From assembly GCA_024401555.1 (NCBI GenBank), contig JAKSKV010000014.1:14442-78441 (forward strand): DNA of 64,000 bases. The letters run 5' to 3'. A program made the translations under genes and the position numbers. This stretch comes from Paludibacteraceae bacterium (lineage in GTDB: Bacteria > Bacteroidota > Bacteroidia > Bacteroidales > Paludibacteraceae). The notes below the pieces were generated by a model. It was not told where the DNA came from. It worked only from the letters and a program-made list of their open reading frames with translations, and did no database searches. Within the stretch, counting starts at the first letter, position 1. The number at the start of each line of letters is the position of its first letter. Of this stretch, positions 34,801-44,215 are shown in pieces.

Positions 34801-37800
34801 TTTGCCGTTTTTGATATTATTCAGCGCTGCATTGATCTCCTCAATCTTTTTGGCATACTCATCTGCGTCAATAACACCGGTTCTAAGTTCTGCGTTAAGA
34901 GAATTCTTCAGCTCAACAGCAAACGATTCAGCTTCTTTTTTCGTAAGAGAAAGAGCCGCGTTGAAGAACTTATAGAACTGATCACCCTTTTCAAGCAAAT
35001 CCCAGTTCTCTTTAGCCCTTACAGCATTCCTTAGCCTTTCCTTTTCTTCAGGAGAGGCCTCTGATGCATCTATTGCATCGATCTTCTTCTTGGCATCTTC
35101 TGTGATGTCTCCCAAGATTTGAGTGACTGTCTTAAACTGCTTGTATACATCAAAGAACAACTTGTCGGACTCATTCTTTGCTTCTTTCCTAGCCTTATTG
35201 AGCGCTTCGATGACAGTGACGATCTTTGCAACATACGCAGAGTCCTTACCCGCAGGTAGCATCTCTGCAATACTCTCCTTGCTCATTCCAAGCAGCCAAA
35301 GAACGCCTTCTTTCTTGCCTTCATAGATCTTCGAAGGAACGAGCGACTTGAGGTATGCCTCAAGATACTCAGAGAGCTCCATTGCTCCGCTCTTGAGCTT
35401 GTTGCCCATCTCCTCGTCGAACTCGAAATCTTCAAAGCTAAGTTTCAGTTTGCCAAGAGACAAGTCGTACGCCTTCTGACGATCCATGCCATCCTCAACG
35501 AGCGACTTGAAGAAATCCCAACTTTCGAGTTCCTCCTCAAATGAACGTTTGAAAGCATCGATGCTCTTCGTTACGTCCTTAGACGTCTGATCGTTGTCAA
35601 ACTGAGAGATAAGGTCCGAATACTGGCTTGCAACTTCCTTAAGCTTTGGGTCGTCCTTGATCCTATTATACTCTGATATAATCTTGCCAAGGAAATTCTT
35701 CCTGAATTTTGAAAGATCGGTTACATCAAGGTCACCGAAAGCCCTCTGGAAACGATCGCCTGCCTCTCCCTTCGTGAAGCGGTCGATAGCTTCCTGCTCG
35801 CTGTTGCTTGTAGCAAGAACCTTGTTGTACTCATCGTAGAGCTTCTTGAGGTTCGTAAGTTTTTCGCGCTCCTCCTTGAGCTCCTTGTTCTCCTCTTTGC
35901 TGCTCGATGTGCTATTGCTTCCCTTAAGGAGATCGTCGAAGTTACGCCCAATTGCGCTTTCGTAAAAGTCTATCAGTTCGACCTTCTTCTCATTCTCCTC
36001 AATGGCCTTTACGATGTCAGCGCCAGTAGAGATTTCATTGCCCTCCATTGCGGCGACAGACTTCCTGTCTGCTTCAAGCTCTTCCTTGGCTTTCTTCCTC
36101 GACTCAGCAAGCCTCTTGAAGTATTCGGTCGCACCTTCTCCTTCGTGAGTTTTTAGCTCGCTCCAGATATTTGATCCTCCAGACTCAAAAATATCTGCCT
36201 CGTTCTTCCAACCGTTTTCGAGATCCTTTTGCAGCGATTCCTGCTCATCGAGATATTTCTTTACTTCCTCACCATCAAGGTCGAATCCTTGCAGTTCAAA
36301 AATAACATTTCCACCAAGGTCTTTCGATCTGTACTTCTTGCCTTTATCACCTCCAAGAACACGTGCAATACTGGCATTCATCATGGCCTTTATCCTCTTC
36401 CTTGAAGATTCATTAGCGGCCTCGTCGATATATTTCTGCCAAGCCTTTTTTATCGTGTCAACAACTTCTTGGTATGGAAGATGACCAATGCTATTGTTTA
36501 TTTTCTGTATTTTAGCATATTTCTCTCCGTACAAATCATTCAATACGTCAAATCCGAACTTTGGATTCAAGATGCTTGATGCGCTTCCTATTGTAAGGTT
36601 AGACAAGTTAAACTTGTCATTTCCAAGCATCTGGCGAATCCTATTTTCTATATCAGACTTACTCAGACGCTGAATAACCATGTCTTCGAGACTTGTCATT
36701 ACAGAAATGACGTCTTCGTCGAGCGTTGAATACCCAATTCTCTTAAGCTCACTCTTTAGACGAGATTTTGTACCCTCTCTTGCAGATTTGATCCTTTCAT
36801 CGTAATTGCTGTTTACGGCAGAGATCTGATCGTCCTGCATCTGCATACGGAGCTTTGCCATGATGGCGTCCTTTGCCCTGGTCGCAGCAGCAGCTACCTC
36901 GTCGTATGACGCAGCCTCCTTGTTCAGATTGCCAAGATACTGCCCGTACTTAGAGAATATTGTATCCTTAACGCGATCAAGTTCCTCTTGTGACAACGTC
37001 TCATCATGAAGCTTATTACAAAGCCTGTCTATTTCATTTGCTTCTGCAGAGTAGCTATTCATCATCTTGTCGTGAATCTCTTCAAGCTCGTTGTCAAGCT
37101 TGTGAGCTTCAGTGTACGTGTTCCAAATAGCCGTACCAACAGCAGCTACAGCAACAGCAGCAACCATCCATACGTTAGCAGACAACCATTTGCCAACGCT
37201 CATGAGTGCGTATTGCAGTCTTACTGTTGCAGCTGTAGCTCCATCTGTACTTACTATATAAGCAACATCTGCCTCTGTGAGCCCCATCTTGGTTAGGATA
37301 GCCGCCTTCTCAGCAGCAGAAAGGTTAGATGTCGCTACAGCAGCAACAAGTTGCGAACGAGAAAGTGCGTTGGATGCAGCAAGCCTGTTGTAGTCTGCAG
37401 CAGTGAGAGCGTTCTTCGCAATAAGTTCCTCAGCAGCAGTAACTGCGTAGCCTTGTTCTACAAGGAGAGACTTCTCTGCAGCCTTTGCAGCAAGCTGCTG
37501 ACTTGCCGCATAACCAGCAGTTCCTATCTTAGCGAGTCCAATTGCCGCCGTGAATACTGCAATGCCTCTAGCTACATCCTGCCAATGCTCAGTCATGTTA
37601 GTCAGAACCTCAGCAACGTCTTTCAGCCATTCGCCAGCAGCACCTTGGGCAATCTCGCCATACATCAGGTTCTGCGCATTCGCATAGTTGCGCCACTTAG
37701 ACGCAAGGGACTCGGCCATGACTTCCTGCATGTTGTAGAAAGCACCGCCTTCGTTGGTCATGTCGCGAAGAATGCTCTTGACAGTCTCAGCATCGATCTG

Positions 37801-40800
37801 CTTCTTGAAGATCATCTTACGGATCTCCTCAACGCCAACCTCCTGATCCTTGAGCTGGCTATAGTACTCCTGCAACTTCTGAAGAAGAGGAATGCCTGAC
37901 ATAGAGAACATCCTCAAGTGACGTGCATCAAGATAGCCCATCGACTCCATCTGGCCATACTCGTATGCGATACGTCCAAACTCTACGCCTACACCGGCAG
38001 CGATATCAGACAGTCGCTTGGTTGTGTCATAGAGCTCTTCGTACTCGATACCGAACGCAGACAGCTGCTTGGTGTTCTTCACCAAGTCCTGTACGTCGAA
38101 AGGAGACTTCATCGAGAGGTCAGCTACCTGCCTATAGATAGAATCAGCTTTTCTCTGATCCTGGAAGATGGAGCCCATTGCGAGCTGCTGACGCTCAAGC
38201 TCACCACCTATCTCAATAATCTTGTTGGCAAACTGCTGAAGACCGATGATAGAGAAAGCATTCTGGATATTCATCGCCAGCATCGACATCTGCTGGTCGA
38301 GCGACGTGATACTCTTCAATGTCTGAAGAGTCTGGCTGTCAAACGCCTTCTGTGCGTCTGCGGCATTGTACCAGGCATTCTTCGCCTTCTCGGCAATCAA
38401 GGTGGCGTCATCCCTCGAAGCATTCGACACGCGAACCCTCATTCCCTGAAGCAGGCCTTGCGCACCCTCGACAACCTGAGCAATTCTTGCAGAGTTTCCT
38501 GTAGCGAGAATCTCTCTTGCATACTTCAAGATACGTTCATACAAGGCAATCTGCTGCTCAAGATTCGTGACCTCCTTGTTGTTGGCAACTCGATTGTCGC
38601 GAATATTGTTCAGCTCCTTGACGCGCTGCTCGGTCTGGGAGATGAGTTTGTTAAGCTTCTCCTGGTTATCCTGCTTCGCCTTAGCATCGGCTTTTTGCTT
38701 TTTGTCCGAAGCCTCAATCTCCTTGGCGTAACCCTTCGCCTTTACCTTTTCTTCCTCAAAAAGCCTTTGTGCCTCCTGAAGCTTCCCTAAGGTTCCGTCA
38801 ATCTCAGCCTTGTTTACGGCAATGACAAGCTCACGACCGGAAAGGCGCATTATATCATCCAAGATGTCTCTCAAGGAAAGCAACATTGCTTTAGCCTCCT
38901 TGATGTCTACTGGCACGGAAAAATTTCCAGCCTTCTGAGGTTCTGCGTAAATGAGGTTGTGCATCAGATTGCTAACACCGTCGCGAATACTGCTTACGCG
39001 TTTCCTTGCTGCCTCCTCTTCGGCCCTCCACTGCTTGTTGTATGCAGCGGTCGAAGCCTCTGCCCTCTTCATCTGGGCTGCACGCTCCTGATCCTCGGCT
39101 TCCTGGCGCATCTTCATCAGCTTCTCCTGACGTGCTCGCTCGTCCTGGAAAGCCTTTTCGTTGGCTGCATTTTCCTTTTCTATACGGCGCTTAAGCCTTT
39201 CCTCGCGTCTCTCGTCGATTATACGCTGCCTTTGGTCTTCTCTCTTTGTTCGCTCTACAGCAAGATGATCTGCATTAAGCTTCTTTGCCTGCTCGTATGC
39301 ATTTCCGCTTTCCTGATGGAACAGTCTGTATGCCTCAGACAGCATCTTAAACGTTCCGTCAATCCTTGCGGTATCGACAGCGAGGACAAACTCTTTACCT
39401 GTGAGCTGCCTTATATCGTTAAGCTTAACCTCGAGTTGCGTGAGCATCTCAAGCGGCCTCGTTGTGTCAATTTGAACCTCGAACTTTCCTGATACGCGAG
39501 GCATGGCATTAGAAAACACATCAAGCGCAGTCTCGATTCCCTTTCGTACGCTGGTAATTCTGTCGTCCGCTCTCTTTACGGCAGCGGCAAGATTGTCTGC
39601 GGCAGTTGTTGCATTCTTGTCTGCAGTATCCCAGTTTACAGCCATTCGCCGCTGGTTCTGCAAATCGGCAAGTTTGGCCGTGCTGTTGGCAAGCAGCTCA
39701 TTCTTCTTAACAGTGTCGTTAACGGACTGCTCGACCTCCTTACGATAAGCTACATAACGCTCAAGCACAGCTTTCAGTTCGGTGGCTGTACCGTTCTTCT
39801 CCATAGCGGAACGAAGCTCGTTCTCGTTACGTCTTACAGTGTCAAGCAGCTTCTGATAACCTTCATCGATGCGCTGTCGTTCCTGTTCGAGCTGTGCGTC
39901 AGCGGCATTCTGATTTCTCTGTGACCCGAGCAGCGCATTGACGTTCTGTATCTCAGTGCGATACTCCATCGGGTTCTGCAGGAACTCACGCATCATGTGA
40001 GTCGTGCCAAGTCTCTCTGAAGCCACAAGGATGCCATTCATGGTATCCCACAACTTCTTGAGCTGATCGATGGCTGCGTTTACCTCTGGACCTTCGAACA
40101 AGCCAAGATTGCTCTTCTGACGCAAATCTCCAAGTTTGATCATCACCTCGTTCATTGCGAACAGGAACTTCTGACCGTCTCGCTCATTGAAGATTCCTTC
40201 AAACCAAGAAGTTGACCCAGAGAACGCATTCCTAAACTCGCCACCAAGCTTCGACGCCTGTTCCTTAAGCGAAGCAAAGAAATTCGCAAAGATATTGTAA
40301 TCCACTCCACCGATTTCGGTGGTTGTCTTCTGAATTACAGCTGGCAATCCAGCAAGTTCATCCTCGACCTCTTGTGCAACCTTCTTTTTTCCGCCTCCTT
40401 TGCTCTTGCCTATATTCTCGATAGCCTCGTTAATCTTAACAACAGACTCTGCCACCTGGTTGGCGACATTCTGAAGAGAAGCAACAAACGAATCAAGACC
40501 TTCTACGCTGCCAATACCAATCTTGCCTACATTTCCAAGGTTGATATTAGCAATCACATCCTTAATCTCGGTAAGAATAGCAAGAATCCTATCAAGTTGC
40601 TCAGGATTAAGGCCAGCTGTATTCTTGCTGATATCGATGCCTCCTTCAATTGAGTTCTTGTACTTATCAAGCTGCTTTGCTTTGTCAACGAAAGTATCGA
40701 ACACTGGAAGAATCTGTGTCAGCTTCTCGCAGTCTGTTATAAACTTTTCGAAACCTCCCTTTGTACCAGTAAGTGCAGCACTTGCGCTCTCCTTTCCAGC

Positions 40801-42555
40801 CTCGTTTTGCTTTTTTACAAAGTGATCAAGAGCCTTCTCTCCATCAGAGTATATCTGTTGAAGTCTATCCATGTGCTTCTCGATCTGAGAAACCATATTC
40901 GCAAATGCGGTAGAACCTGCATTGTCTGGAGAAAGCTTAACCTCTGAGTACTTATTAAGGAACTCGTCAAATACAGTCCTGTATCTTTCTACGAGAGGAA
41001 GCACTCGCTCCAGTCCAGCCTTCATTTGCGTGGCAGTAGCATCCCACTTGAACACATCGCCCTGTTCGCCGATTCCCTTGACTATTTCCTTGATGTAGCC
41101 AGTGCTTGACATCCTGCCAGCAGCATCAGTAATCTGTTTAGCGAGGGCCGGTGCAACAACAGCGCTATCAAGAGCTGTCTTCATGTCTACTATTGCATCC
41201 TTGACCTTCTGCGTTGCAGGTGCAAGCGCGAGCATCTTAGTCTGGATGTTGTCTATATGGTCATTCGCAATCGGGCCGAGCAGCTTAGAGATGCATGCAA
41301 TAGAAGAGTGCATCTTATCAATGCTTCCAACGATGGAATTTATCTGTTCCGGATTAAGACCTACAACATCCTGTGTTTTTTGCGCTCCTGCGTTCAAAGC
41401 TCCATTAACCGTAGCTCCGCTCGCATCGACACTTCCGACCTTCACATTCTCCAGCGTGAGCTGCACCTTCTTCAGCTCATTCTCAATCATCTGAATAGCC
41501 TCAGGCATGATGTGAGCCTCGCGGATATTAACGACGATCTTCTCAAGCTCAGATCTGATCATCTGGACCATCTTCTCCACCTCAACCTGAGTAGAGCCGA
41601 AGTCCTTGGGGAGCACGTCCTGGCCAACTCGTTTATAGAAGTCCTGACCTGCTCCATGCATAATCTGCTGGAGAGAGGTGCGAACCTGCTCAAGGTCGGT
41701 TACAACGGACTTCAAATCGGAAATACTGAGCCTTGAAGTGTCAAGAGATACGTTGCTGAGGTCGAAATGATGCTCCTTGATCTGGTTATAAATAGACTCC
41801 ATGGCAGTCTGAGAGACTGTCAGCTTACTCAATTCCGCCTCGAGTCCCTTCAAGGCGTCCTTGTTCAGTTTGTCGACCTCAAAGACCGGGATTACAGGAA
41901 GAGTGACAGATGTCTGGCTGATGAATCCTGGCTTGCTTATTTCTGCATGCAGCTGCTCTACGGCCGAACTGATCTGCATGATCCTCTTCAGCGCATTTTC
42001 TGTAGCATCTTGGCTGATAGGAGAAACGTCTCCCTTAGCAATATTCTTCATCAACCCCTCAATAACAATGCCGGACGACTGTAACTCTCGCAGCCATGTA
42101 GTGGCACTGTTATTGAACACTCTTCCAAATTCGGCTCCACCCTTCATGGACAGGATCTCGCCTCTCACTTTTCCAATTTCGTTAGCAAGATTCTCCGACA
42201 ACTTGATAGCGCCGCTCAGCATGTCACGAAGACCATCACCTCCGTTGCCTGATGCCTTGAAGTTGTTTACAGCCGCAATAATATCGTCAATTCCCTTTTT
42301 GACGCCACCGTCTATACTTGACGTACTAATGCTTTTAAGCCTGGTTTCAAAACCCTTCAACGCAGCCTCTGATACATTCACGCTCTTGCCAATATTCTCA
42401 AGAGCCGTCGTTGCATCTTTCAGAGCCTCGAAGTTCGAACTGAAGTTGAACTTGAAATTCTTCAGTGCATCAAGACGCTTTTCAATCGCGTCAAGCGCCT
42501 TGGTGTCACCAGCTTGTATACCAAGCTCGTAGAACAGTTTGCCTAATTCTGCCAT
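31867..42555 (-). CDS. tail tape measure protein, 3562 aa
   Basis: TP901-type TMP core: GGELERQQLAMGSIFQDQRKADSIYRQVADLSMKSPFDVQDLVKNTKQLSAFGIE...IAAGVGVEF (nt ~37846-38238). Two or three hydrophobic helices follow. Extensive coiled coil. Lies downstream of the G/GT chaperone genes. Confidence 0.85.
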   Translation of the reverse strand: MAELGKLFYELGIQAGDTKALDAIEKRLDALKNFKFNFSSNFEALKDATTALENIGKSVNVSEAALKGFETRLKSISTSSIDGGVKKGIDDIIAAVNNFKASGNGGDGLRDMLSGAIKLSENLANEIGKVRGEILSMKGGAEFGRVFNNSATTWLRELQSSGIVIEGLMKNIAKGDVSPISQDATENALKRIMQISSAVEQLHAEISKPGFISQTSVTLPVIPVFEVDKLNKDALKGLEAELSKLTVSQTAMESIYNQIKEHHFDLSNVSLDTSRLSISDLKSVVTDLEQVRTSLQQIMHGAGQDFYKRVGQDVLPKDFGSTQVEVEKMVQMIRSELEKIVVNIREAHIMPEAIQMIENELKKVQLTLENVKVGSVDASGATVNGALNAGAQKTQDVVGLNPEQINSIVGSIDKMHSSIACISKLLGPIANDHIDNIQTKMLALAPATQKVKDAIVDMKTALDSAVVAPALAKQITDAAGRMSSTGYIKEIVKGIGEQGDVFKWDATATQMKAGLERVLPLVERYRTVFDEFLNKYSEVKLSPDNAGSTAFANMVSQIEKHMDRLQQIYSDGEKALDHFVKKQNEAGKESASAALTGTKGGFEKFITDCEKLTQILPVFDTFVDKAKQLDKYKNSIEGGIDISKNTAGLNPEQLDRILAILTEIKDVIANINLGNVGKIGIGSVEGLDSFVASLQNVANQVAESVVKINEAIENIGKSKGGGKKKVAQEVEDELAGLPAVIQKTTTEIGGVDYNIFANFFASLKEQASKLGGEFRNAFSGSTSWFEGIFNERDGQKFLFAMNEVMIKLGDLRQKSNLGLFEGPEVNAAIDQLKKLWDTMNGILVASERLGTTHMMREFLQNPMEYRTEIQNVNALLGSQRNQNAADAQLEQERQRIDEGYQKLLDTVRRNENELRSAMEKNGTATELKAVLERYVAYRKEVEQSVNDTVKKNELLANSTAKLADLQNQRRMAVNWDTADKNATTAADNLAAAVKRADDRITSVRKGIETALDVFSNAMPRVSGKFEVQIDTTRPLEMLTQLEVKLNDIRQLTGKEFVLAVDTARIDGTFKMLSEAYRLFHQESGNAYEQAKKLNADHLAVERTKREDQRQRIIDERREERLKRRIEKENAANEKAFQDERARQEKLMKMRQEAEDQERAAQMKRAEASTAAYNKQWRAEEEAARKRVSSIRDGVSNLMHNLIYAEPQKAGNFSVPVDIKEAKAMLLSLRDILDDIMRLSGRELVIAVNKAEIDGTLGKLQEAQRLFEEEKVKAKGYAKEIEASDKKQKADAKAKQDNQEKLNKLISQTEQRVKELNNIRDNRVANNKEVTNLEQQIALYERILKYAREILATGNSARIAQVVEGAQGLLQGMRVRVSNASRDDATLIAEKAKNAWYNAADAQKAFDSQTLQTLKSITSLDQQMSMLAMNIQNAFSIIGLQQFANKIIEIGGELERQQLAMGSIFQDQRKADSIYRQVADLSMKSPFDVQDLVKNTKQLSAFGIEYEELYDTTKRLSDIAAGVGVEFGRIAYEYGQMESMGYLDARHLRMFSMSGIPLLQKLQEYYSQLKDQEVGVEEIRKMIFKKQIDAETVKSILRDMTNEGGAFYNMQEVMAESLASKWRNYANAQNLMYGEIAQGAAGEWLKDVAEVLTNMTEHWQDVARGIAVFTAAIGLAKIGTAGYAASQQLAAKAAEKSLLVEQGYAVTAAEELIAKNALTAADYNRLAASNALSRSQLVAAVATSNLSAAEKAAILTKMGLTEADVAYIVSTDGATAATVRLQYALMSVGKWLSANVWMVAAVAVAAVGTAIWNTYTEAHKLDNELEEIHDKMMNSYSAEANEIDRLCNKLHDETLSQEELDRVKDTIFSKYGQYLGNLNKEAASYDEVAAAATRAKDAIMAKLRMQMQDDQISAVNSNYDERIKSAREGTKSRLKSELKRIGYSTLDEDVISVMTSLEDMVIQRLSKSDIENRIRQMLGNDKFNLSNLTIGSASSILNPKFGFDVLNDLYGEKYAKIQKINNSIGHLPYQEVVDTIKKAWQKYIDEAANESSRKRIKAMMNASIARVLGGDKGKKYRSKDLGGNVIFELQGFDLDGEEVKKYLDEQESLQKDLENGWKNEADIFESGGSNIWSELKTHEGEGATEYFKRLAESRKKAKEELEADRKSVAAMEGNEISTGADIVKAIEENEKKVELIDFYESAIGRNFDDLLKGSNSTSSSKEENKELKEEREKLTNLKKLYDEYNKVLATSNSEQEAIDRFTKGEAGDRFQRAFGDLDVTDLSKFRKNFLGKIISEYNRIKDDPKLKEVASQYSDLISQFDNDQTSKDVTKSIDAFKRSFEEELESWDFFKSLVEDGMDRQKAYDLSLGKLKLSFEDFEFDEEMGNKLKSGAMELSEYLEAYLKSLVPSKIYEGKKEGVLWLLGMSKESIAEMLPAGKDSAYVAKIVTVIEALNKARKEAKNESDKLFFDVYKQFKTVTQILGDITEDAKKKIDAIDASEASPEEKERLRNAVRAKENWDLLEKGDQFYKFFNAALSLTKKEAESFAVELKNSLNAELRTGVIDADEYAKKIEEINAALNNIKNGKSNIVAYLSGGTSGLIDNKKSRASAKYKAATRDIQDAEEALRAATESGSESEMKAAKSALASAQGQQAAAEGSMAAAEGFGSTLAIVDLIVHGINNLIQGLKAAMENIDEMNDALGNDYNENSTGRTFLDAFSQASGQATSAFDSFKNGDIGGMISGVVGSFTKWVTVFAQHNDAELQEYIDRSKERVDDLKESLDRAKQSFKGFGYDGTAALERINSSYAQLSRQTNANHGSMTDTEELINDQLTGQSDIVDSLIEERDKLIERYQRYLEKAGANPSTSDWVKNLFGVEGESIVGGLAGGWIGAAIGNTIDLYGKLSAVFGQYEKKARNTEDDIWRVVEALNALNAVGIDSGSFSTATDLGKVYMTQYENLVLQRMEIESQLANEEEKKNTDDSAVEEYKNQINELNDEIRDFVENMYKDIYGLDLSTWASEIGDALTEAFAEGEDAVAAFDKTVDDLLRNVAKRIISQFVQVKYITPLMEEIFGKDGEGGIASLANPEESIQLIVARLAEWNKQVGSSITNDVDAILSGLEANGVPIKVDADTSSVFDGIKDDLKSALLDSEKTIEDMMKSISEKIAEGMIDSILDSEGINDKLDDWKERMDALMKKRTSMSEDEFLREIEKMKAEYQEIIEESKDAGDHVLKVLGLLDEINVEKITGMSFDSISDDFKSALMDMTSGVEDFTKNMKNMIGEAITQKMLDTLGYNSRLEEWLTKVANMVSESPTGELSKSQLDDLEAELNRISDDAGNDIQNVLLGLGIGVEELADKIREDFTGSTFDSMRDNFHSMLMDMDKGLNDFMDDLNEKFMDSALTQWMENSGFNEELKAWQDAWAQMSKSDGGLNSDEIAYLRSEYERLIAEAMAKRDELGEMTDYNKQKTSSMTSGIKSITEETANIIAAYVNGIRQDTSVTRDILEQFASSFNLNNVAASSQLAQLQQQTEYLRQINEASESMREGIDSMNGYMRGIATGSYSVRVK
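32287..33450 (-). repeat. four tandem ~97-116-aa repeats in the C-terminal part of the tape measure
   Basis: Units start at F3036 (FDKTVDDLLRNV), F3133 (FDGIKDDLKSALLD), F3247 (FDSISDDFKSALMD) and F3363 (FDSMRDNFHSMLMD). Each ends with a ...N..L..W... segment. The codons of all four starting Phe residues were checked against the DNA. Confidence 0.7.
38746..39573 (-). repeat. internal ~90-aa duplication in the tape measure (period ~189 aa)
   Basis: aa ~995-1085 (RADDRITSVRKGIETALDVF...GKEFVLAVDTARIDGTFKMLSEAYRLFHQE) against aa ~1184-1270 (RKRVSSIRDGVSNLMHNL...GRELVIAVNKAEIDGTLGKLQEAQRLFEEE). Confidence 0.65.
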
Positions 42556-42579
42556 ATTGTCCTGTTATGTTATTATGAT

Positions 42580-43194
42580 TTACCGACTCTGATCGCGAAA
42601 CTCTTTAACAGCCTCATCAAAGTCGCTTCTTATATTCATGTAGTTCGTGTCGAGAATGTCAAGGTTAAACCAGTCCTTGATAAGCTCAACGTATGTACTA
42701 GCGCTCGCAACTACAACAGATACGCCGCCAGTATTGTGCGGTTTGTGACTCTTCAGGAATTCGATTGTGTCGATATATGAGTAACCCGTGCCGGATGGAT
42801 CCTTAAAATGCTTACTTTCGTCTGAATAGTCGTTCACCGACTCTACCCATTCGTGCGTGTCGTAATCGTAAAAGCCTGCGTCGCCAGGAAGCGCGTGATG
42901 GAATGTGTATTTCCCTCCTATCAGGTCAAGCACTCTAGTGTACTCGGTGAACTTTCCTCGTACGTATATTCCTGCTACAAACGAGAATCTCGTATTACCA
43001 GTCAGGTTATGCCCTTTGGAAGTCTCATCATAGTTCTCTACAGCGTGAACAAGAGCTATCTCTGCGTATTTGCGCAGTATCTTCGTCTGCATATAGTCGC
43101 TCTTCGCGGCCGACAATATATTCTCGATAATTTTTCTGCCGCTCTTGAGCGCATATGCATTATTCTTACTCCCCTTGAAATGTCCTTTCAGCAT
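42580..43194 (-). CDS. hypothetical protein between chaperone and tape measure
   Basis: 204-aa ORF; no motif recognised. Confidence 0.5.
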   Translation of the reverse strand: MLKGHFKGSKNNAYALKSGRKIIENILSAAKSDYMQTKILRKYAEIALVHAVENYDETSKGHNLTGNTRFSFVAGIYVRGKFTEYTRVLDLIGGKYTFHHALPGDAGFYDYDTHEWVESVNDYSDESKHFKDPSGTGYSYIDTIEFLKSHKPHNTGGVSVVVASASTYVELIKDWFNLDILDTNYMNIRSDFDEAVKEFRDQSR

Positions 43195-43208
43195 ATGTCT
43201 ATGTTTCT

Positions 43209-44068
43209 TTATTGACCATTCAACTTGTCGTTCTTGATCGCACCTCCCATTGAGAATCCTCCCAAATCAAGCTTCGGCTTTGCATTACCGTTGCCGTACT
43301 TTTTCGCCCATGCAGCCTGAGCGGCTTCAACCTTCCAGTCGGCAGGCTTACTCATCTCACGGACACCATTCTTTCCCTTGCCCTTCTTCTTGTCCTTGCT
43401 ATGCTTGTAATTTACGACAGGCTGGTCCGCAAGCAGCAGGTCAATCTGATTCTCAGTAAGACCCCAGAAATATCCCCAGCACGGAACCTCGTACCACAGA
43501 ATCCTGCGAGTCTCGATAAGATACGGGAACTTAATTCCTCCCTGGCTGCTTACTGCGCAGCTCCATGCTGCTCCCCAGAATGTGCGACTTGGGTACGCTT
43601 TACTTCGTCCCTCGTCATCATCATCGTCGTCATCTTCGTAACGGTCGTCAATGTGGTATTTTGCATAAACGCTCGTGTCTGCTTTTCCGCTTTTTTTTTA
43701 CACAAAAGCATCAGAGCAGAATAGTCGCTGTCTGTATACTGCTTCACATAGTACAGCCACCTCCAGTAGAAATGCCATACTACTCCGAACAGAAAAAACA
43801 AACTCCACCATGAGTTAAGCAGGTATGCAGCAGCTATCTTAGACTGCATCTTGTCCTCAAACATCTGCTTCTTAGTATCCCCCCATTCAGGGTCCGCTTC
43901 CTTGAGCAATAGGTTCGTGACAAATAACCTTGTTCCTTTCCTTAGAGGTCCAAGACGGTATGTCCTATCGCCAATCTGTACATCCTCTTTTTTGTCCGAA
44001 AGATACTCGAGCAAAGCCCTCTCGTCAGCTTCTGTTGGTTGCTCGACAACCGTTTTCTTCTCTGCCAT
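43209..44068 (-). CDS. tail assembly chaperone, -1 frameshift fusion product (GT-like, ~286 aa)
   Basis: TGT AAA AAA AAA GCG (A9 at 43691-43699). The -1 frame is open for 160 codons from 43691 to the stop at 43211-43209. The frame arithmetic fits: 860 nt plus 1 re-read nt gives 287 codons. Confidence 0.55.
43550..44068 (-). CDS. tail assembly chaperone, zero-frame product (G-like)
   Basis: Sits between the major tail protein and the tape measure. Contains the slippery run at 43691-43699. Confidence 0.55.
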   Translation of the reverse strand: MAEKKTVVEQPTEADERALLEYLSDKKEDVQIGDRTYRLGPLRKGTRLFVTNLLLKEADPEWGDTKKQMFEDKMQSKIAAAYLLNSWWSLFFLFGVVWHFYWRWLYYVKQYTDSDYSALMLLCKKKAEKQTRAFMQNTTLTTVTKMTTMMMTRDEVKRTQVAHSGEQHGAAQ

Positions 44069-44100
44069 AGCAAGTTATGAATTTAAGTAGTTTTTTGATT

Positions 44101-44136
44101 AAAAAAGGGGTGTAGGGAAATTCCCTGCATCCCCTT
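44101..44136 (-). terminator. intrinsic terminator after the major tail protein gene
   Basis: Minus strand reads aagggg atgc aggg aatt ccct aca cccctt followed by tttttt. Confidence 0.6.
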
Positions 44137-44215
44137 ATGTGATACGGAAAACGCCCGCCAACTTTGGCTCTGATGCCTCTGCTGTCGGGCGTTGCTTGTG
44201 TTGTGCTAGTCTTAC

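Noticed and set aside
37918-38790. Long plus-strand ORFs inside the tape measure gene (37918..38790, 41861..42532, 32984..33538, 37351..37899, 38959..39492 and others)
   Set aside because: These are antisense shadow ORFs of a 10.7-kb coding region with strong codon periodicity. Their products are Leu/Ser/Arg-rich and low in complexity, and they have no independent signals.
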